Notes under the pieces: generated by a model | What the model was told of the DNA's origin: nothing | What the model saw: the letters and a program-made list of their open reading frames with translations, nothing else | The model's database searches: none | DNA from: Callorhinchus milii | Lineage: Eukaryota | DNA: 64,000 nucleotides | Assembly: GCF_018977255.1 (NCBI RefSeq) | Contig: NW_024704742.1 | Coordinates: 108,626,001 to 108,690,000, forward strand | Reading direction: 5' to 3' | Shown here: piece by piece, positions 1-13,902 of the stretch | Layout of the letters: each line of letters opens with the position of its first letter | How positions within the stretch are numbered: position 1 is the first letter of the stretch | Translations under genes and position numbers: made by a program

Positions 1-205
1 GATGGCTGAGTCAAATGGCTGAGGTGGTAAAACTCTTGCCCAGGTATTTCTTGTATAGACTTAGTTCTAAGAATCCACACCGATAGGTACTCAGTTGGCA
101 GATCTCCGCTATGGTGAAAGTGCTACAATAGGCTTCAGTTCCACTGGGTTAGAGAAAGTTAGCTTGAGTTTCTTATCTCTGTCCTGTGCTTTTCTACTGG
201 AAGAC

Positions 206-245
206 GTGTGTGTGTGTGTGGTGGTGGGGGGGGGGGGGGGGGGGG
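206..245. repeat. (TG)n microsatellite running into poly-G
   Basis: Seen directly; a similar (TG)n plus G-run occurs at 37704-37745. Confidence 0.9.
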
Positions 246-874
246 TAGAAGAGTGGGGGTAGTTAGGGAGGGATAGGGAGGGAAATGTATTTCACACATA
301 AACAGGATTAACCTGTTTGTCCACATTTGACTGTATGCTGACACTTCATGTCAGACGTAAAGAACATGAAGAAGTCATGTGGATGAGTTATTGAATGACA
401 GTTGGTGCTTTTACTTGACCACAAGTCAGCAACAGAAGCCAAATAGATACTGTATTGGAAAGAAATCAACACTGTGGCTTCAGCACAATTTAGTGCACAA
501 TGGTTAAGCCTAGAGATCGCTGTACTCCTAATTGTGGAGAACTGTAAACAGACATCAACAAAATAGCACCATGACTTAATCAGTACTCAGCAATGAGGTA
601 TTCACATGCCAGTTCTAAGTTTATAAACAGGCATTTTTCCCTTGCCCTCGCTGGCCTCCATCAAAGATTTGGAAAACCTCCTACAGAGCCTTTGTGCTGA
701 CGTCATAAAAGTGTTCAAAACAGAAACTAGCCAATCGCTGTCAACGGAAATTCCACTAGTTCAGAGCAGATTCAATGTGATAAATAGCCCTATGGTTATG
801 AAACGTTGCAAATTTCTGTGTCACTGCCGTCTAAAAACAATTGACACTTGACACAGAATGAGTGAGGCACCTAC

Positions 875-925
875 CTTGCTTGGGTCTGTTGTTTTTTGCA
901 CTGTGACTCCCGGTTTTGTGGAGTG
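875..925 (-). CDS. CAST: Calpastatin-like gene, 51-nt internal exon (HSTKPGVTVQKTTDPSK)
   Basis: Strong acceptor ttttcttgttttcttctgttttaaag and donor AAG|gtaggt; phase 0-0; lies within ORF 821..1003(-). Confidence 0.8.
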
Positions 926-3014
926 CTTTAAAACAGAAGAAAACAAGAAAATTAGGTTCTCAAAATGAAGCAGCTGTAGTTTTGCATTTGTAATGTAAAA
1001 CACTAGCTACTAATTTATTTTTGGGGATTTCTACATTCAGAAAAGCACAAGAGACTTATACAGATTTAACAGGCTGATCATGTTGTGTGTAAGGAACCTA
1101 CCCGACCAGTTACAAAATATGTACTTCGACAAGATTTTCTGCACTGCTTGGACCACATATAACATTCACAATCTTGCCACACAATATTCTAAGTCAATTT
1201 TCAAAAGTAGTCACAAGCCTTCCAAGAAACATAAACTTGGACTTACCTCAGGATTCCATATTTATTTAACATACAAGTGTAAAGTGTAGTGACTGTGTAT
1301 TTTGTGGGCAAATTCTGAAAGGCCTGTAGAGAGAAACCATTATTCAAAAACTGTTGGGGGCAGTGGAAATGGAAGTGTCAGTCCTAAACATGTCATTGGG
1401 AGCAGATTTTTAAATTCACAAAATGAATGCACCCTCTCTCCTTTTGATAGTTCTCTGATCACTTTCCACTTGGATTGGAAAAGACAAAGACTATTACAAA
1501 CAAAAACAAATGTTTTTCTCTTTCATATCCCTCAAATCAGAGCGATCTAATTTCCTTTTAAATTTGCTGACAGGCACCACTTCCCATATCCACCCCTCTC
1601 TGTTGAAAATTGATAATTTTATGCATGAAGTGTCTTTTTGTCCACAAAATATACAGTCAATTCACTTTACAGTATATTCTGTGAAGCGCTTTGAGGCGTC
1701 TCGAAGACGTGATAAGGCGCTATAACAAATGCAAGGATTATTATTATTACATATCTAATCCTGAATGAATATCCTGGGTAGTTCAGTGGGTTGAAACGGG
1801 AAGATTCTGAGTTTCAACCTGGGATTTTTAATCAGGTCCATTACCATTCTATTTCTTTAATATTTATAGTAACTATTATACATACAAAAAAAATCCACTG
1901 CGGACATTATCAGAAATCCTTTCATCAAACTCAATAATGCAGAAATTGTCTGTTCAAAAAGAATAAGTTCTCTCTCGTTGTCTTTAATCCCTCATGGGAG
2001 CTAATACTGTAAATCTATATGCTCACTTAAGCTGTAACTAGTCCCAAAACACCCTACAGTTGTAAACTGTAAAACTGCAACATTGTCCTTTCCTGCTGTA
2101 AGCATTTATTTCGCTGTTGAGGCAAGAAAACATCGTTTGGGTTATTCATCATAAAGTGGTGACATTATCAGAGGAGTATTTAACCAACATGTCGAGAGAC
2201 GACATTTACACCACATACCACACCCAAGTCAATGTAACAAATCATAACTAAAACGCAGGATGGCCACAAATGTGACAGATTCCTGTTTGTGATACACGAA
2301 CATCTAAAATGTAGAGTCGTTTCACTATGTAATAGTAGAATGTGAATCAGCTGAAACACATAGTGATTTTGCTGCTTTAGTATTATGGAAAACACCCAGA
2401 ATTTCAGAAAAAGGTAATGCAACAATCCTTCCAACTTTTAAGAGTACAGGGCTTCAAAATAAATGAGCGGCTTGAAGCATCAATGACCATAACCTCTACA
2501 AAAAGGATGTGGTAATCCTAAGATTACAAAGGCGGTCCACATTTCACTATCAGAAAAGTCCCTTCTCCTTTCAATCCCTGTGTAGCCAACGCTTTTCACT
2601 TTGAGAATCCAAATAACATGGAGCCTCCACCTAACATGGCCTTTCCTGACAAGTAAAAGCAAAGCTGCCCATCCCAGCAAATCCACAGCAGCTGCAAAGC
2701 TGCACGTCAGCTGCTGTTGCTTTACCACTTCTGACAGTAAAACAAAACTAGCCGGAGCTTTGCAGCTGGCCCACGTCAGACTGGGTGTATGTTAATCATG
2801 TGTGCGCTCTGGTAAAATGAAGGGCTGCAATTTTTGGAAAAGCTTTACAATCTGTGGTTCCTCGATTAACCCTTTGAGTGCCACAGGCAACTTAACTTAC
2901 TTCAATCAGTAACTTGTTGGCAGACAAGGAACTGAGTAACCCTTAAACAATGGCAGGCAGCACACAATTCCCTGAAGCTGCCCGCGGTTGAATGAATGAA
3001 AGAAACTGTCTTGG

Positions 3015-3155
3015 AACAACAACAAAATTACATGTGGCTTTCATGTGGGGAGGACGTCCCAAGGCGCTGAACAGTCAGGGATGAGGACCTGAGCATGGGG
3101 GGCAGGGTTGGGATAAGCGAGAGCAGAGGGAGTAGGAGGGCAGCTGAAGGCACCC
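3015..3155 (-). mobile_element. L2 3' end fragment
   Basis: (AAC)n tail followed by gggaggacgtcccaaggcgctg. Confidence 0.75.
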
Positions 3156-4640
3156 TTCTGGAAGTATTATATATGAAAACGATACATTTGGAAGACCAAA
3201 CATTATCCTTGTATGTACAAGCTTGGATTCATTGATCCAAGGAAATAAAGTTTTTTTTATTGAAACAATTCTCTGGCTAATTTATCCCCTTAGCAAGCGC
3301 TTTAGTGGACCTGAAACTTGAAAGTCCACCTAATCTTAGCCTGAAGGATGATTTCATCTTCAAACTTACAAACCTGCAGAGATATGGAAAATTATAAAAT
3401 TTAGTTTCAATTTGGAAAGTGGAACAAGTTGTAATAGATTCACCCCATATATACAATCCACACACACACACACACTTACTTCACTGCAGTTTCTTTAACA
3501 ATCTTTGAAGTACGATATTTCACAATTCCAATTCAGATAATTTTGCTCTTTGGTGGAATAAAGAGATTCGGAGAGAGAGAGAGCACAAGATCACAGGTTT
3601 AAGGAGAGAATTGCAAAGAGTAAGGGAGTGGGGAGGAGGCATTGACAGAAAGCTCAAGAACCAATGTCATGAGAGAGAAGGCAAAATATGAACAGCAGTT
3701 GTGAGTTGAAGAATGGAGGGTGTGGCCCGAATGTGATTGGTGTGTGGATGCAGATTAAGGACAGGATTTGGCTTCTCTGTGATAACCTTACCCACATATC
3801 CAGACTTTATTCATTAAAGCGCAGGTTTCATTCTGTTTTAAAACATGCACATGTCATTGGTACCACATACACTCCAACACAGAATCGTTTATACAGTATA
3901 TTCATGTTACACCCATAGTACTTGATATCTAGACTTTGACTATTTTGAAATGGCCTCATCACTCAGTAAAGGAGATTTCAGGTAGATTTGAATAACACAA
4001 AACGCAGCTGGAAACCTAAATAAAGAAATAAGGCTATTCTCAGACCGCCCGACATGTCAGCAAATCCACTGTTTTCACACCAGGCAGATTTACGTAAGCC
4101 ATTTAGAACCTCACAACCCAGCCCTTTTAAATTCCTTCTGTGGGCAGTTTCAATTGAACCGCACCTCGCATTAAACCTCAAAACAGCTAATCACTGAGTG
4201 CTTGTAGAACAGCCCAACCTGTTTCCTTGTGGAGAAAGAAAAAACTATTGCTTCACATCAGTTGGCATTGACTCGGGTTCCCACCGAAATAGTAAGTAAC
4301 ACTACCTTGCATTTGAATTGATACCTCACTCTGAAGTGCACTGAATACGCATTTTGTAAATTAAAGTGGCAACCATTTTGCCACATCTACCCACAACAAT
4401 GTCCCACAAACAGTCATGAAGTGAATAACTTTTTTTATGTAAAACCAGGGTGTGGTTGTTGGCCAGGAGGGAGAAAAAAAACCCTCCTAGCCTTGAATAG
4501 TGTGTGGGATCTTTAACGTTCACCTGAACAGGTAGATGGGACCTCAGTTTAATGTTTCATCAGAAGATAATGAGGTTCACCTATCAGCATTGTATTGGAA
4601 TGTCAGTCTATGACCTCCAAATCGTTTTATCCCCTCTCCT

Positions 4641-5015
4641 TAGGGTTGCCACCTCCGAGACATAATTCACTCAGTGTCGCTGCCACATAACACTTCTCCT
4701 CTCAGGTCTTCTCGATTTATTTCCTTGAGTGCTATGGTACAAAATGAAACACCTAGCTGGATTGATACTTTTGGTCACAACAGATGTATTTGAAACTGAC
4801 TCATACAGTAGCTGCACGCGTTGGACCAAATGTTTCACATTTATGTTAGTACCTGCCTGCCACCAACATCCATGCCACTGTGATTTACACTGTGCCATTT
4901 CACACTGGCAAGAATGTTGGTGGGAGACAGAGTGAGAGGCCAGTAGGGAATCCTACTGGCAAGCCAGTACAGAAACTGGTTCGGCCTGTTAAAAATTGGA
5001 CAGGTGGCAACCCTC
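4641..5015. mobile_element. Probable non-autonomous hAT-like DNA transposon
   Basis: TIRs TAGGGTTGCCACCT and AGGTGGCAACCCT; the TSD is degenerate. Confidence 0.65.
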
Positions 5016-5601
5016 CCCTCCAGTCTCAGCTATTAAAGGCACTGTAGTATCCAGTGTGAAATGGAGTGCTACAGATTGACAGGCGATATCATTAGCCAAA
5101 AGGAGCTATTGGTGCCCACGGAACTGTACTGCAGCACAATTCACAAAATTATATAGAATGCTACAGCACAGAATCAGGTCATTCCAAATATATTGATGAT
5201 TTCAAGAGTGGAGGAGAGAAAATTGAAATTGGGGCAGGAGTACTAACAACAGCAATAAAATTGCATTTATATAGTGCCTTTCCCATTGGAAGGCCATGCC
5301 AAGGCACTGGAAGGCATTGGTTAGAAAAGTATTGGTAAAGTAAACGTTAGAACAAAACGCAGCTGTGACCTGAATTCCAGAAACAATGAATCATCGGCAC
5401 CATAGTAACAGGAGCATAAACAAAGGGAGGAATAACTGTTTTTTGCTAGAATTGAATTGTATTTCACAGCAGTTGAAAGTACGGAGTCAGTCATAGTAGC
5501 TTCACTGTGTGAAAATAGGATAGTTAAATCATGTCACAGTCTCAAGGGATGAAAGCAGTGTCTCAAGATCAAAGCAACGATGGAATTCTGAGGCCACAGT
5601 T

Positions 5602-5670
5602 GGATTTGGAGTGGAACCGCAACAGGATTTGGAGTGGAACAATGACGGGATTTGGAGTGGAACCACAACA
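5602..5670. repeat. 3 x 23-bp tandem repeat (GGATTTGGAGTGGAAC plus 7 variable nt)
   Basis: Units start at 5602, 5625 and 5648. Confidence 0.9.
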
Positions 5671-5885
5671 AAATATTGCTATAATTAGCACCTTTCATTT
5701 TGCGAGGATGTCTCAAGGTGCCGGACAGTTGAGAGTTTGCTCACGAGCTGGAGGTTGGATTTGGGAGAGAAAAAAGATGACCGAATGCATGGTCAAAGAG
5801 GAAGGTCTTGAAGTGGCCCTTGAAGGAGCTGAGAGAAGGAGCAAGGTGAAGAGCTCCGGCATGGAATTCCAGAGAGTGGGGACAG
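5670..5885 (-). mobile_element. L2 3' fragment
   Basis: Homologous to the 3' end of the 6066-7625 element. Confidence 0.75.
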
Positions 5886-6065
5886 ATGGAATGGGATTTG
5901 GAGTGTTTCAACGAGATTTGGAGCTTGACAACGGCATTTAGAGCTTGTCGGAGTCCATATTTTAAGACAAATTGGGCTAAGACTAGATGAGATATTGTCC
6001 AAAGTTTTAAATACAGAGAATTTCACAAGCCCTTCAAGATGTTGTCATGAATGTTAAACACATTT

Positions 6066-7625
6066 AACGACAACAACAAAATTACATTTGTAAAGCACCT
6101 TTCAAGTCGGGAGGACGTCCCAAAGCGCTGGACAGATAAGAGTTACGGACCCGAGCTGGGGGTCGGGGTCGGGGAGGGTGGAGGGCAGGGGGGGAAACAG
6201 CGAGATCGAATACACGGTCAAAGAGGAGGGTCTTGAGATGGGTCTTGAAGGTGGCAAGGGAGGGGACGAAGCGGAGGGATTGCAGGATGGAGTTCCAGAG
6301 GGTGGGGGCAGAGTGGCAGAAGGCCCGCCCTCCAATAGTGGGGCGAGCGAGGCGGGGAACGTGAAGCAGGCTGGAGCCCACTGAATGGAGGGAGGGTGCA
6401 AGATGGTAGGGGCTTAGGAGGTCGCAAGACCATGGCGGGGAGCAAGACCATGGAGTACTTTGAAGGCGAGGACCAGGATCTTGAATTGTATCCTCTGTGT
6501 GATGGGAAGCCAGTGGAGTTGGGCAAGGATGGAGGTGATAGGGTCGCGGAAGAGGACACAGGCTGCAGAGTTCTGGATGATCTGCAGCCTATGGAGGGAG
6601 GAGTTGGGGAGGCCGACAAGCAATGAGTTTGCATAGTCGAGCCTTGATGTAATGAAAGCATGTATGAGGGTTTTGGCGGCCTGCGGTGTGAGACAATGGC
6701 AAAGTAAGGTGATGTTGCGGAGGTGGGGGAAAGGCAGAGCGGGTCATGGCACAGATGTGGGGTAGAAAGGGTAGTTGAGAGTCAAACAAGACACCAAGGT
6801 TCTGGACTGGCTTAGTGAGATGGAGTGTGCAACCATGGATGGTGATGCTGTCAGCGCCTGAGGTGAGGAGGTGCTGACGAGGGCCAATCAGGAAAGCCTC
6901 GGTATTGTTGACGTTCAACTGAAGAAAGTTAGCTCTCATCCAGGACTTGATGTCTGACAGACATTCTGTCAGGACAACAGTGGTCCTGGAGTCAAGGGTG
7001 GAGGCAGAGAGGTACAGTTGGGTGTCATCCGCATACATGTGGAAGTTGACCCATGTCTGCGGATAATGTCACCAAGAGGGAGCATATAGATATTGAAGAG
7101 GAGGGGACCAAGGACAGAACCCTGAAGAACGCCGCATGAGATGGTGCGGGAGCTAGAGGAGAAGCTGTTTGTGGAGATGAAGTGGAGGCAGTGTGAGAGG
7201 TACGATCTGAACCAATCAAGGACAGAGCCGTGAAGTTTGAGGTGAGAAGAGAGGCGGTAGATGAGGATAGAGTGGTCGATGATGTCGAAAGCAGCAGAGA
7301 GGTCAAGGAGGACGAGGAGGCAGAGGGAGCCCTGGTCGCAGATGGACAGAATGTCATTTGTCACTTTGACCAGGGTGGTTTCTATGCTGTGGGAGACACG
7401 GAAGCCCGATTGGAGGGGTTCGAGAAGGGAGTGGCGGGAAAAGAAGGAGCGAAGCTGAGAAGCAACAACTCATTCCAGGATGTTGGAGAGGAAAGGGAGG
7501 TTGGAGATGGGGCGGTAGTTTGGGAGTAGAAGGGTTCAGGAAAGGTACTTTAAAGATAGGAGTGATGATGGCGGCTTTTAATGGGGTGGGAACAGTACAA
7601 GAGGACAGGGAGATGTTTATGATGT
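6066..7625 (-). mobile_element. 5'-truncated L2-clade LINE, degenerate reverse transcriptase plus 3' UTR
   Basis: Frameshifted ORF pieces LLVLLDLSAAFD, GVLQGSVLGPLLFNIY, YADDTQLY and LHWLPITQRIQFKIL; 3' hairpin GGGACGTCCTCCCGAC and (GTT)n tail. Confidence 0.92.
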
Positions 7626-7651
7626 CATAATATTTCTTAACATTTCTTTGG

Positions 7652-7751
7652 GCAAATTACAGAATAGAATCGCACATATACACAGAGAAAATGTAAAAAT
7701 GCAAATTACAGAATAGAATCGCACATATACACAGAGAAAATGTAAAAATGC
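7652..7751. repeat. Perfect 49-bp tandem duplication
   Basis: 7652-7700 equals 7701-7749. Confidence 0.95.
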
Positions 7752-8842
7752 TTACAGTAGAGCTATTGAACCAGGAACAAACATGGGTGAGAATACTGAA
7801 GAAGGTGATGGGACTAAGGAAGTCAATGATTGAATCCAGATGAAAGCCAATTCCAAATTGCTAAATATTTAATCCCTCCTCCTGCCTGAAGTCAGAGGAC
7901 TGAGCTCCAAGAATCAGATGTACTCTGACAAAATGGTTAATTTCCTCAAACAGATCTCAGCATGCTTTAAAACTTAAAACCACGTAGTTTAGAGAATCTT
8001 ATTCGGGCCGGGTGCTTACTCAATCCCTATTAAAATTATACTACAGGTCATTTTTTTCTACTGAAAACAATAGCTGATAAATCTACTGAAATCCTCACGC
8101 AAAATACCATCACTCTGGATATAGCACTTTTTCTCCAACAGTAGTTATTGGAAAAAATTAGCAGCTTTTAGTCATCTTAACACTTTTGTAAAATAAAAGA
8201 TCACAAGTTTATCTCTTGTCTTTGCAGTTAGTTCATTTATAATAACGACAACAATAATCCTTACATTTGATATGGTAGTGGGAGAACAACTCAAAGAACT
8301 TCACAGGATTTTGCTGTAAAGTGCAATGACAATTTGTGCAGTAGAGTCCAGTGTATTTTGCAGGTGAACGTGGCAGCCAATTTGCACACAGCAATATCCC
8401 ACAAACAGCTATGCAGTAAGATGGACAATTTCATTTGGGGGATTGTCAGGCAGGATACGGGGAAATGCTCCCTTATTTTAAATTGTGCCATGGGATTTAG
8501 AATCTCCATCCAAATAGGCATCTTAACATCTTATGCGATGGTTGACACCTTCCAATGATGCAACTCTAGTAATGCATTGGAGTATCAGCCTAGCCCTGAT
8601 ATGGGGCTTGAACCTACAACCTTCTGACAGACAGGTGAGAGCGCTACCAACTGAGCCAAGCTCACATCTATATAAATGTCAGCAAAAAACATTTAAAGTC
8701 CTTCAGCTATTATGTTGGAACGTATCTTCAGAAATTAGCTTGACAAGAATTGAATCCAAATGTATTCATTAAATGTGATTAAGCCATCACTTGGTAAAAT
8801 CCCATTTCCATATGTCTCTTTCTTAAACCAAAGAAGACCCTT

Positions 8843-9220
8843 ACAACAACAACAACAACAACAAGATTGCATTTATGGAGCGCCTTTCACGTCAGGAGGA
8901 TGTCCGAAGGCGCTGGACAGTTGGGTCAGGACCCGAGCAGGGGGGAAATGGTCAGGGTGAGGGGAGAGAATGGAGGGGGTAGAGAGTCAAGAGGGGAGCT
9001 GAAGGCACGGTTGAAGAGAAAGGTCTTGAGACCAGCCTTGAAGGAGGAAAGGGAGCAAACAAGGCGAAGGCACTGGGGGATGGAGTTCCATAGCCTAGGG
9101 GCTAAGAGGCTGAAAGCCCGGCCACCGATGTTAGGGCGGGGGATGTGGAGCAGACCGTAGCCAGAGGAACGGATGGTACGGGCAGGTACATGGGGGGATA
9201 GTAGGTCGGAGAAGTAGGAG
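8843..9220 (-). mobile_element. L2 3' fragment
   Basis: (CAA)n tail and body homologous to 6066-6430. Confidence 0.85.
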
Positions 9221-9337
9221 TATTACATTTAATAGAATACTTTTCACATTGGTAGGACGTCTCAAAGTGTTTGACAGGATATTATGCAAAGTGTGTGTTT
9301 TGAAGGCATTCTGTTGGCTGCTTAAAGCTAAACATAC

Positions 9338-9403
9338 CTTGCTCGCCAAACTTGCTGCTTTAGAAGTGTCGACTTTACCAGAATGACCAGCTTTTGCCTT
9401 TAC
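9338..9403 (-). CDS. CAST: Calpastatin-like gene, 66-nt internal exon (VKAKAGHSGKVDTSKAASLASK)
   Basis: Acceptor tttcttaccccatag and donor AAG|gtatgt; phase 0-0 and open. KAASLAS resembles KAASLGS in the mammalian calpastatin XL region. Confidence 0.8.
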
Positions 9404-12400
9404 CTATGGGGTAAGAAACCAAAAAAATTTGTAATTAATACAAAATTTCAAGAGAATCCTTAAAGGCATCAGGGGTGACACAAGAAGCAATTTAGGCAGG
9501 CAGATAGCCTGAAAGCTGCAGAAGGAAAAACATACTGCATTCAGAGTAAGTGACATTGAGCAATGCCAACACTGACTACCACCGATATGTTCTCGGCAAT
9601 AGGTATGCGTTGATGGGTCAGTATGTCATTTACCAGGAGTCAATGCAACCGGTAACTTTTGTGAGTAATGGAAGTTAGGGGAGACCCATTACGAGTTAGG
9701 AGGTGATTAATACGAGTAGTGCAAAGAAATCTAAATAATAATCCTTGCATATGATAAAGCACCAAATCACATCATTGAGACGTCTCAAAGCGCTTCTGTA
9801 AAGTGAACTGACTGTATTTTGTGGTTGAAACACGGCAGTCAATTGTGCACAGCAGTGTTCCAAAACAGTCGTGGATTGAATGACTAATTTATGCTTATTT
9901 ATTTAGTTAGAAAGACCCCCACTGAAATGGAGTTGGCCTCAGCAGTCCTGTCACACAGTAACCCCACATAGACCACTAAGCAGTGGATGGGAAATATAAA
10001 GGAGCAATGGTTTTGATAGGCAACTATCAAAGAACTAAATGGGACTCGGATGGCTGTACGACCTAGACAATTATACAATTTATAAAGGTAAGACTTAAGC
10101 AAGTTTTACCGTATCTGAAACAGAAATGTGAGCCTTGAAGCAAATAATAAATATATACTGTAATGTATATTCTGTGAATCTGAAGTAAAATAGAAAAACA
10201 GATTAAATCCATCTGTCTGATAAACAATATATTCTGCCAAGAAGCTAGGCTGCTACATTGTTTATTAAAAGACAACACTAATTGTACAAATGGTGACCCA
10301 ACCAGGGTAGTTTAGGACCACGTGGTTTGCATTAACAGTTGATGCTTTTTCTGATAAACAATGTATTTATATTTCCTCTATCAGCAGCTCGAGGAGGCAG
10401 TCTAATAAATAGGAAGTTAATGTACTGTAGCACCACTTTTGTTGGAAGGAATACTTAGGGCAGAGCTTTGGAAATGGGATGTCCAGTAGTTTTGAAATGA
10501 AGTGAAAGTCATAAACAATTTCCATGATTGCCAGTGGGGAAATTTACCCCTCATTAATTCACCCACTGTACTAAATCAAACAGACCAAGAAGTCCCAAGG
10601 ATTAATCGGAACTGCTGAATTAGCACATCGCAAAAGAGTGGCAATGAAGACATGAGAATCATTCTTATTTTCCATAAAACTGAAACAACGACAACTTGCA
10701 TTTATGATGCCTTTCATAAAAGATAATATCTTGGAATGTTTTACAGGGGCTGGGTTGGCTGCCAAGAAAGGGAGAGGAAAGTTAGCCATAGGTGCATTTG
10801 GAAAGGTAGGATTTATGGTTATAATGGCCAGTGATTCTACATGTCTGTGTGGGGGAGAGAGAGAGGGGGGTAACTTCAGTACAAAGAACAAAAGTGCTCA
10901 TCGTCCTAGCTTTGATCCATTCCAGAGAGACCAACTTACACATTTCCAACAAGATTTGATTTCTTTGCTAACTCCCATACAAGTACAGACACAATCCCAT
11001 CACTGTACTTGACCCTACCCTGATGTCAAAGCCAGAAAGGCTGGTTAAATTAAAGACATAGAACTCTTGAAAATAAAGGTAAAATTGTCCCTTCAAAAAA
11101 TTTAATTCCTTACTTTTTTTTAAGGAAAGAAAACATTACGAGGAAGAGTCTCAGCTAAATACATGATCCAGGTCCAAAACGACAGGCCCATTGCTTGACA
11201 TCAGCTCTATGTATCTTTGTGTAACACAGCCAGGTAATGTAAGGTATCCAATTATACGCATTGATCATACAACAACAACCTGCATTTATATAACATTACA
11301 TATGGCCCCTTACCCCTCCCTCTCTCGGCATCCAACTCCGCCCATGTAAAGCGCACATAGATATTCTCTTTTATGAAAGGCATTCTAGAAATGTAAATTG
11401 TTGTTTCTTTGTATAACGCACCCAGCCTCCGTCCTGAGGGTTTTCACCACAAACAAGCAAATAAAGAAGCTTGATCTCGCAAAATAACTCTGTATAACAA
11501 CAACTGGCACTTTAGATCACATTTCACTGAGATAGCGTGGCAGATGTTGGGCAGGGGTGTTGGTGTGGGTAGGAGAAAGGTTAATCAGGTTTTTAAGACG
11601 GTTTTGAAAGCAGAGAAGGAGAGTGCAAGACAGAGGCAGTTATGGACAGAGTTCGCGAGAGCATTATATAGTTCACCAAAAAACAAGTTGCATGTATATC
11701 ATGCTCTTCATGTGAGGTAACATTTCAGAGTGTTCAGAGTAATAATAATAATACTTGCATTTGATAGAATGCTGTAACATTGAAACGTCTCAAAGAGCTT
11801 CACAAATAATTACCGTTAAGTGTAGACAAAGGCAGCAGCTAATTGTAATGCAAGTGGCCTCAAAAGGGCGCACAGCACGGCAGTACTGAAGTATGGAAGT
11901 GGACCTGAAGTGACTTCACAGATTACAGTTAACAGTTCCCTCCCACAAATCCTCCATGAAACACTGCTGTGTGACTCAATGTTTGGCACAGCCATGTAGT
12001 TTGACGTCCCAGCAGTCATGGGACGGCTTAGAAAGTAGTTCTGTGTAACTGTACACTCCGAGTGAGATATTCAAGAACCAAGATTAAGATACTATGCAAC
12101 ACAACTAGCCGTAAGTGATTTAGTTTTAGACTCAACACCCTTCCAGTTCATATCTGTATCATCTGTTCCATGTTACATTCCTGCAAACTTCCATTCACCC
12201 AATTTCTGCAGTGCAGCAGCTTTCCTGTGTTAAATCCTTCATGGCTATGCCAATTAACATTTCTGGTATGAAGTCAATCATTTATTGAGTCAGGTTTGTC
12301 CCAGTTCAGTGCAGTGCATACATTCCAGTGAGACATTACTACAAGAAAAATCAAGCCCCCAAAAAGCAAGCTAGGATTCATACAATATGAAAATAACCTG

Positions 12401-13604
12401 TGTGCAGGATTTTGAAAAATTAGTTCTTTCAGTACTATGTATGAATTTAAATTCTAATACTGTACTTTCCTATCTGCTGCTGCTTATTTTATCTCAGCTG
12501 GGTCAGAATACCCTCAATACATTGCTTCTCTCCCTTCCTAGTGGGAGTATATCTCAACTATGGGTTTGACATACAGTTGGTTGGTAGGGAGTGCTTTAGC
12601 AAACATTCAACAAGCACTTATAAATGACAGGTCAATCTATAAATAGATCAGAAGAAATGTAAACACATTACCACCACTTGTGTTAACAGTCACTCTATGA
12701 GAGAAATTCCCTTGACCCATATATCTTTTATAAGGCAAGGTCAGAGCAGACACTAGGAAGTACTTCTTCACACTGGAGGAATGAGTTACCAGCAAGAAAG
12801 AGAGCAGCTAGGACACTGGAGTTGCTGAAGAAACATTTTGATATTTTAATGGGATATAAGTAGGGTTCTTATTGAGTAAGGACGAGATCTCATGAGCCGC
12901 GCGCTTCTAGGCATCAGAAGATGGTGTTTTGCTCTTCAGTTTTTTTCTGCACTAACAAACTTCAGCATTTCCTTTTATGAATATTGCAAATTAGATGGCT
13001 TTTTCAAAATCTCACTTTCAAAATAGAATTTGAAAATCAGGTTAACAGTGTTGATTGCGACTTGCAGTTTGAGAATATCAGATTGCAAAATTCACGCTCA
13101 GTGAACAACAAATCCCCATGTCAGCAAAGTCCAAAATCAGGTTAGCAGCCAAACCTCACTGTGCATTCAACATTCATAACCAGAAGTCACAACTAACAAC
13201 AAATCTGTTTATAAATGCCGCAAATTAGAACTCAACACACTTTTTCCTCCAATTACTGTGGAAATAATACATGTAATTTTTCACTATGGGCCTCAACACG
13301 CTTTATTTTCTGCTGCATTCAAAGAACAAATATTTAGGAATTAAAAGCTAATTCAGCGCCAGTTTTATCAGAACTGCAGGTCTGCTTAGCAACTGAAGTC
13401 AATAGAGTTCATTATTACTTGTTTGATCTGTCATTGTTGCTAAGTTGCATCTTTTACTTAACTTTTACTAATATTGAATGTGAACCACCCGAGAAAAATA
13501 ATCAATCAGCAAAATACTACAGAAACGAAACTGCCCTTTCAGCCCATTATGCCTGTACTGTTGTTTTACTACATATAAAAAAATAATCCCAATATTCAAA
13601 CATC

Positions 13605-13902
13605 TATTCCCGGCAGGGCGAAACGTTTGGCAAGATACCTTACTCCACACGCCTCTGTTTACCTAGCAGTAAGTAGGAACCCGGTTGTTAGTCGATTGGC
13701 GGATCGCTTTTCCGTGGATGATAATCCTTCAAAATAAAACAATAATAATTTGGTCACTCAATCCACGACGGACACTGCTCTGCACATTTGGCTGCCGCGT
13801 TTCACAAAGTACAGTCAATTCACTTTACAGGATATTCTGTGAAGAACTTTGAGATGTCTAGAAGATGTGAAAAGCACTATATCAAATGTAAGGATTATTA
13901 TC
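13605..13902 (+). mobile_element. 5'-clipped SINE, extra-segment subfamily
   Basis: Colinear with 20055-20337. Confidence 0.88.

Noticed and set aside
5602..5670. Constant 16-mer with variable 7-mers, superficially CRISPR-like
   Set aside because: Spacers are far too short and related to each other, the context is vertebrate, and there are no cas genes; it is an ordinary minisatellite.
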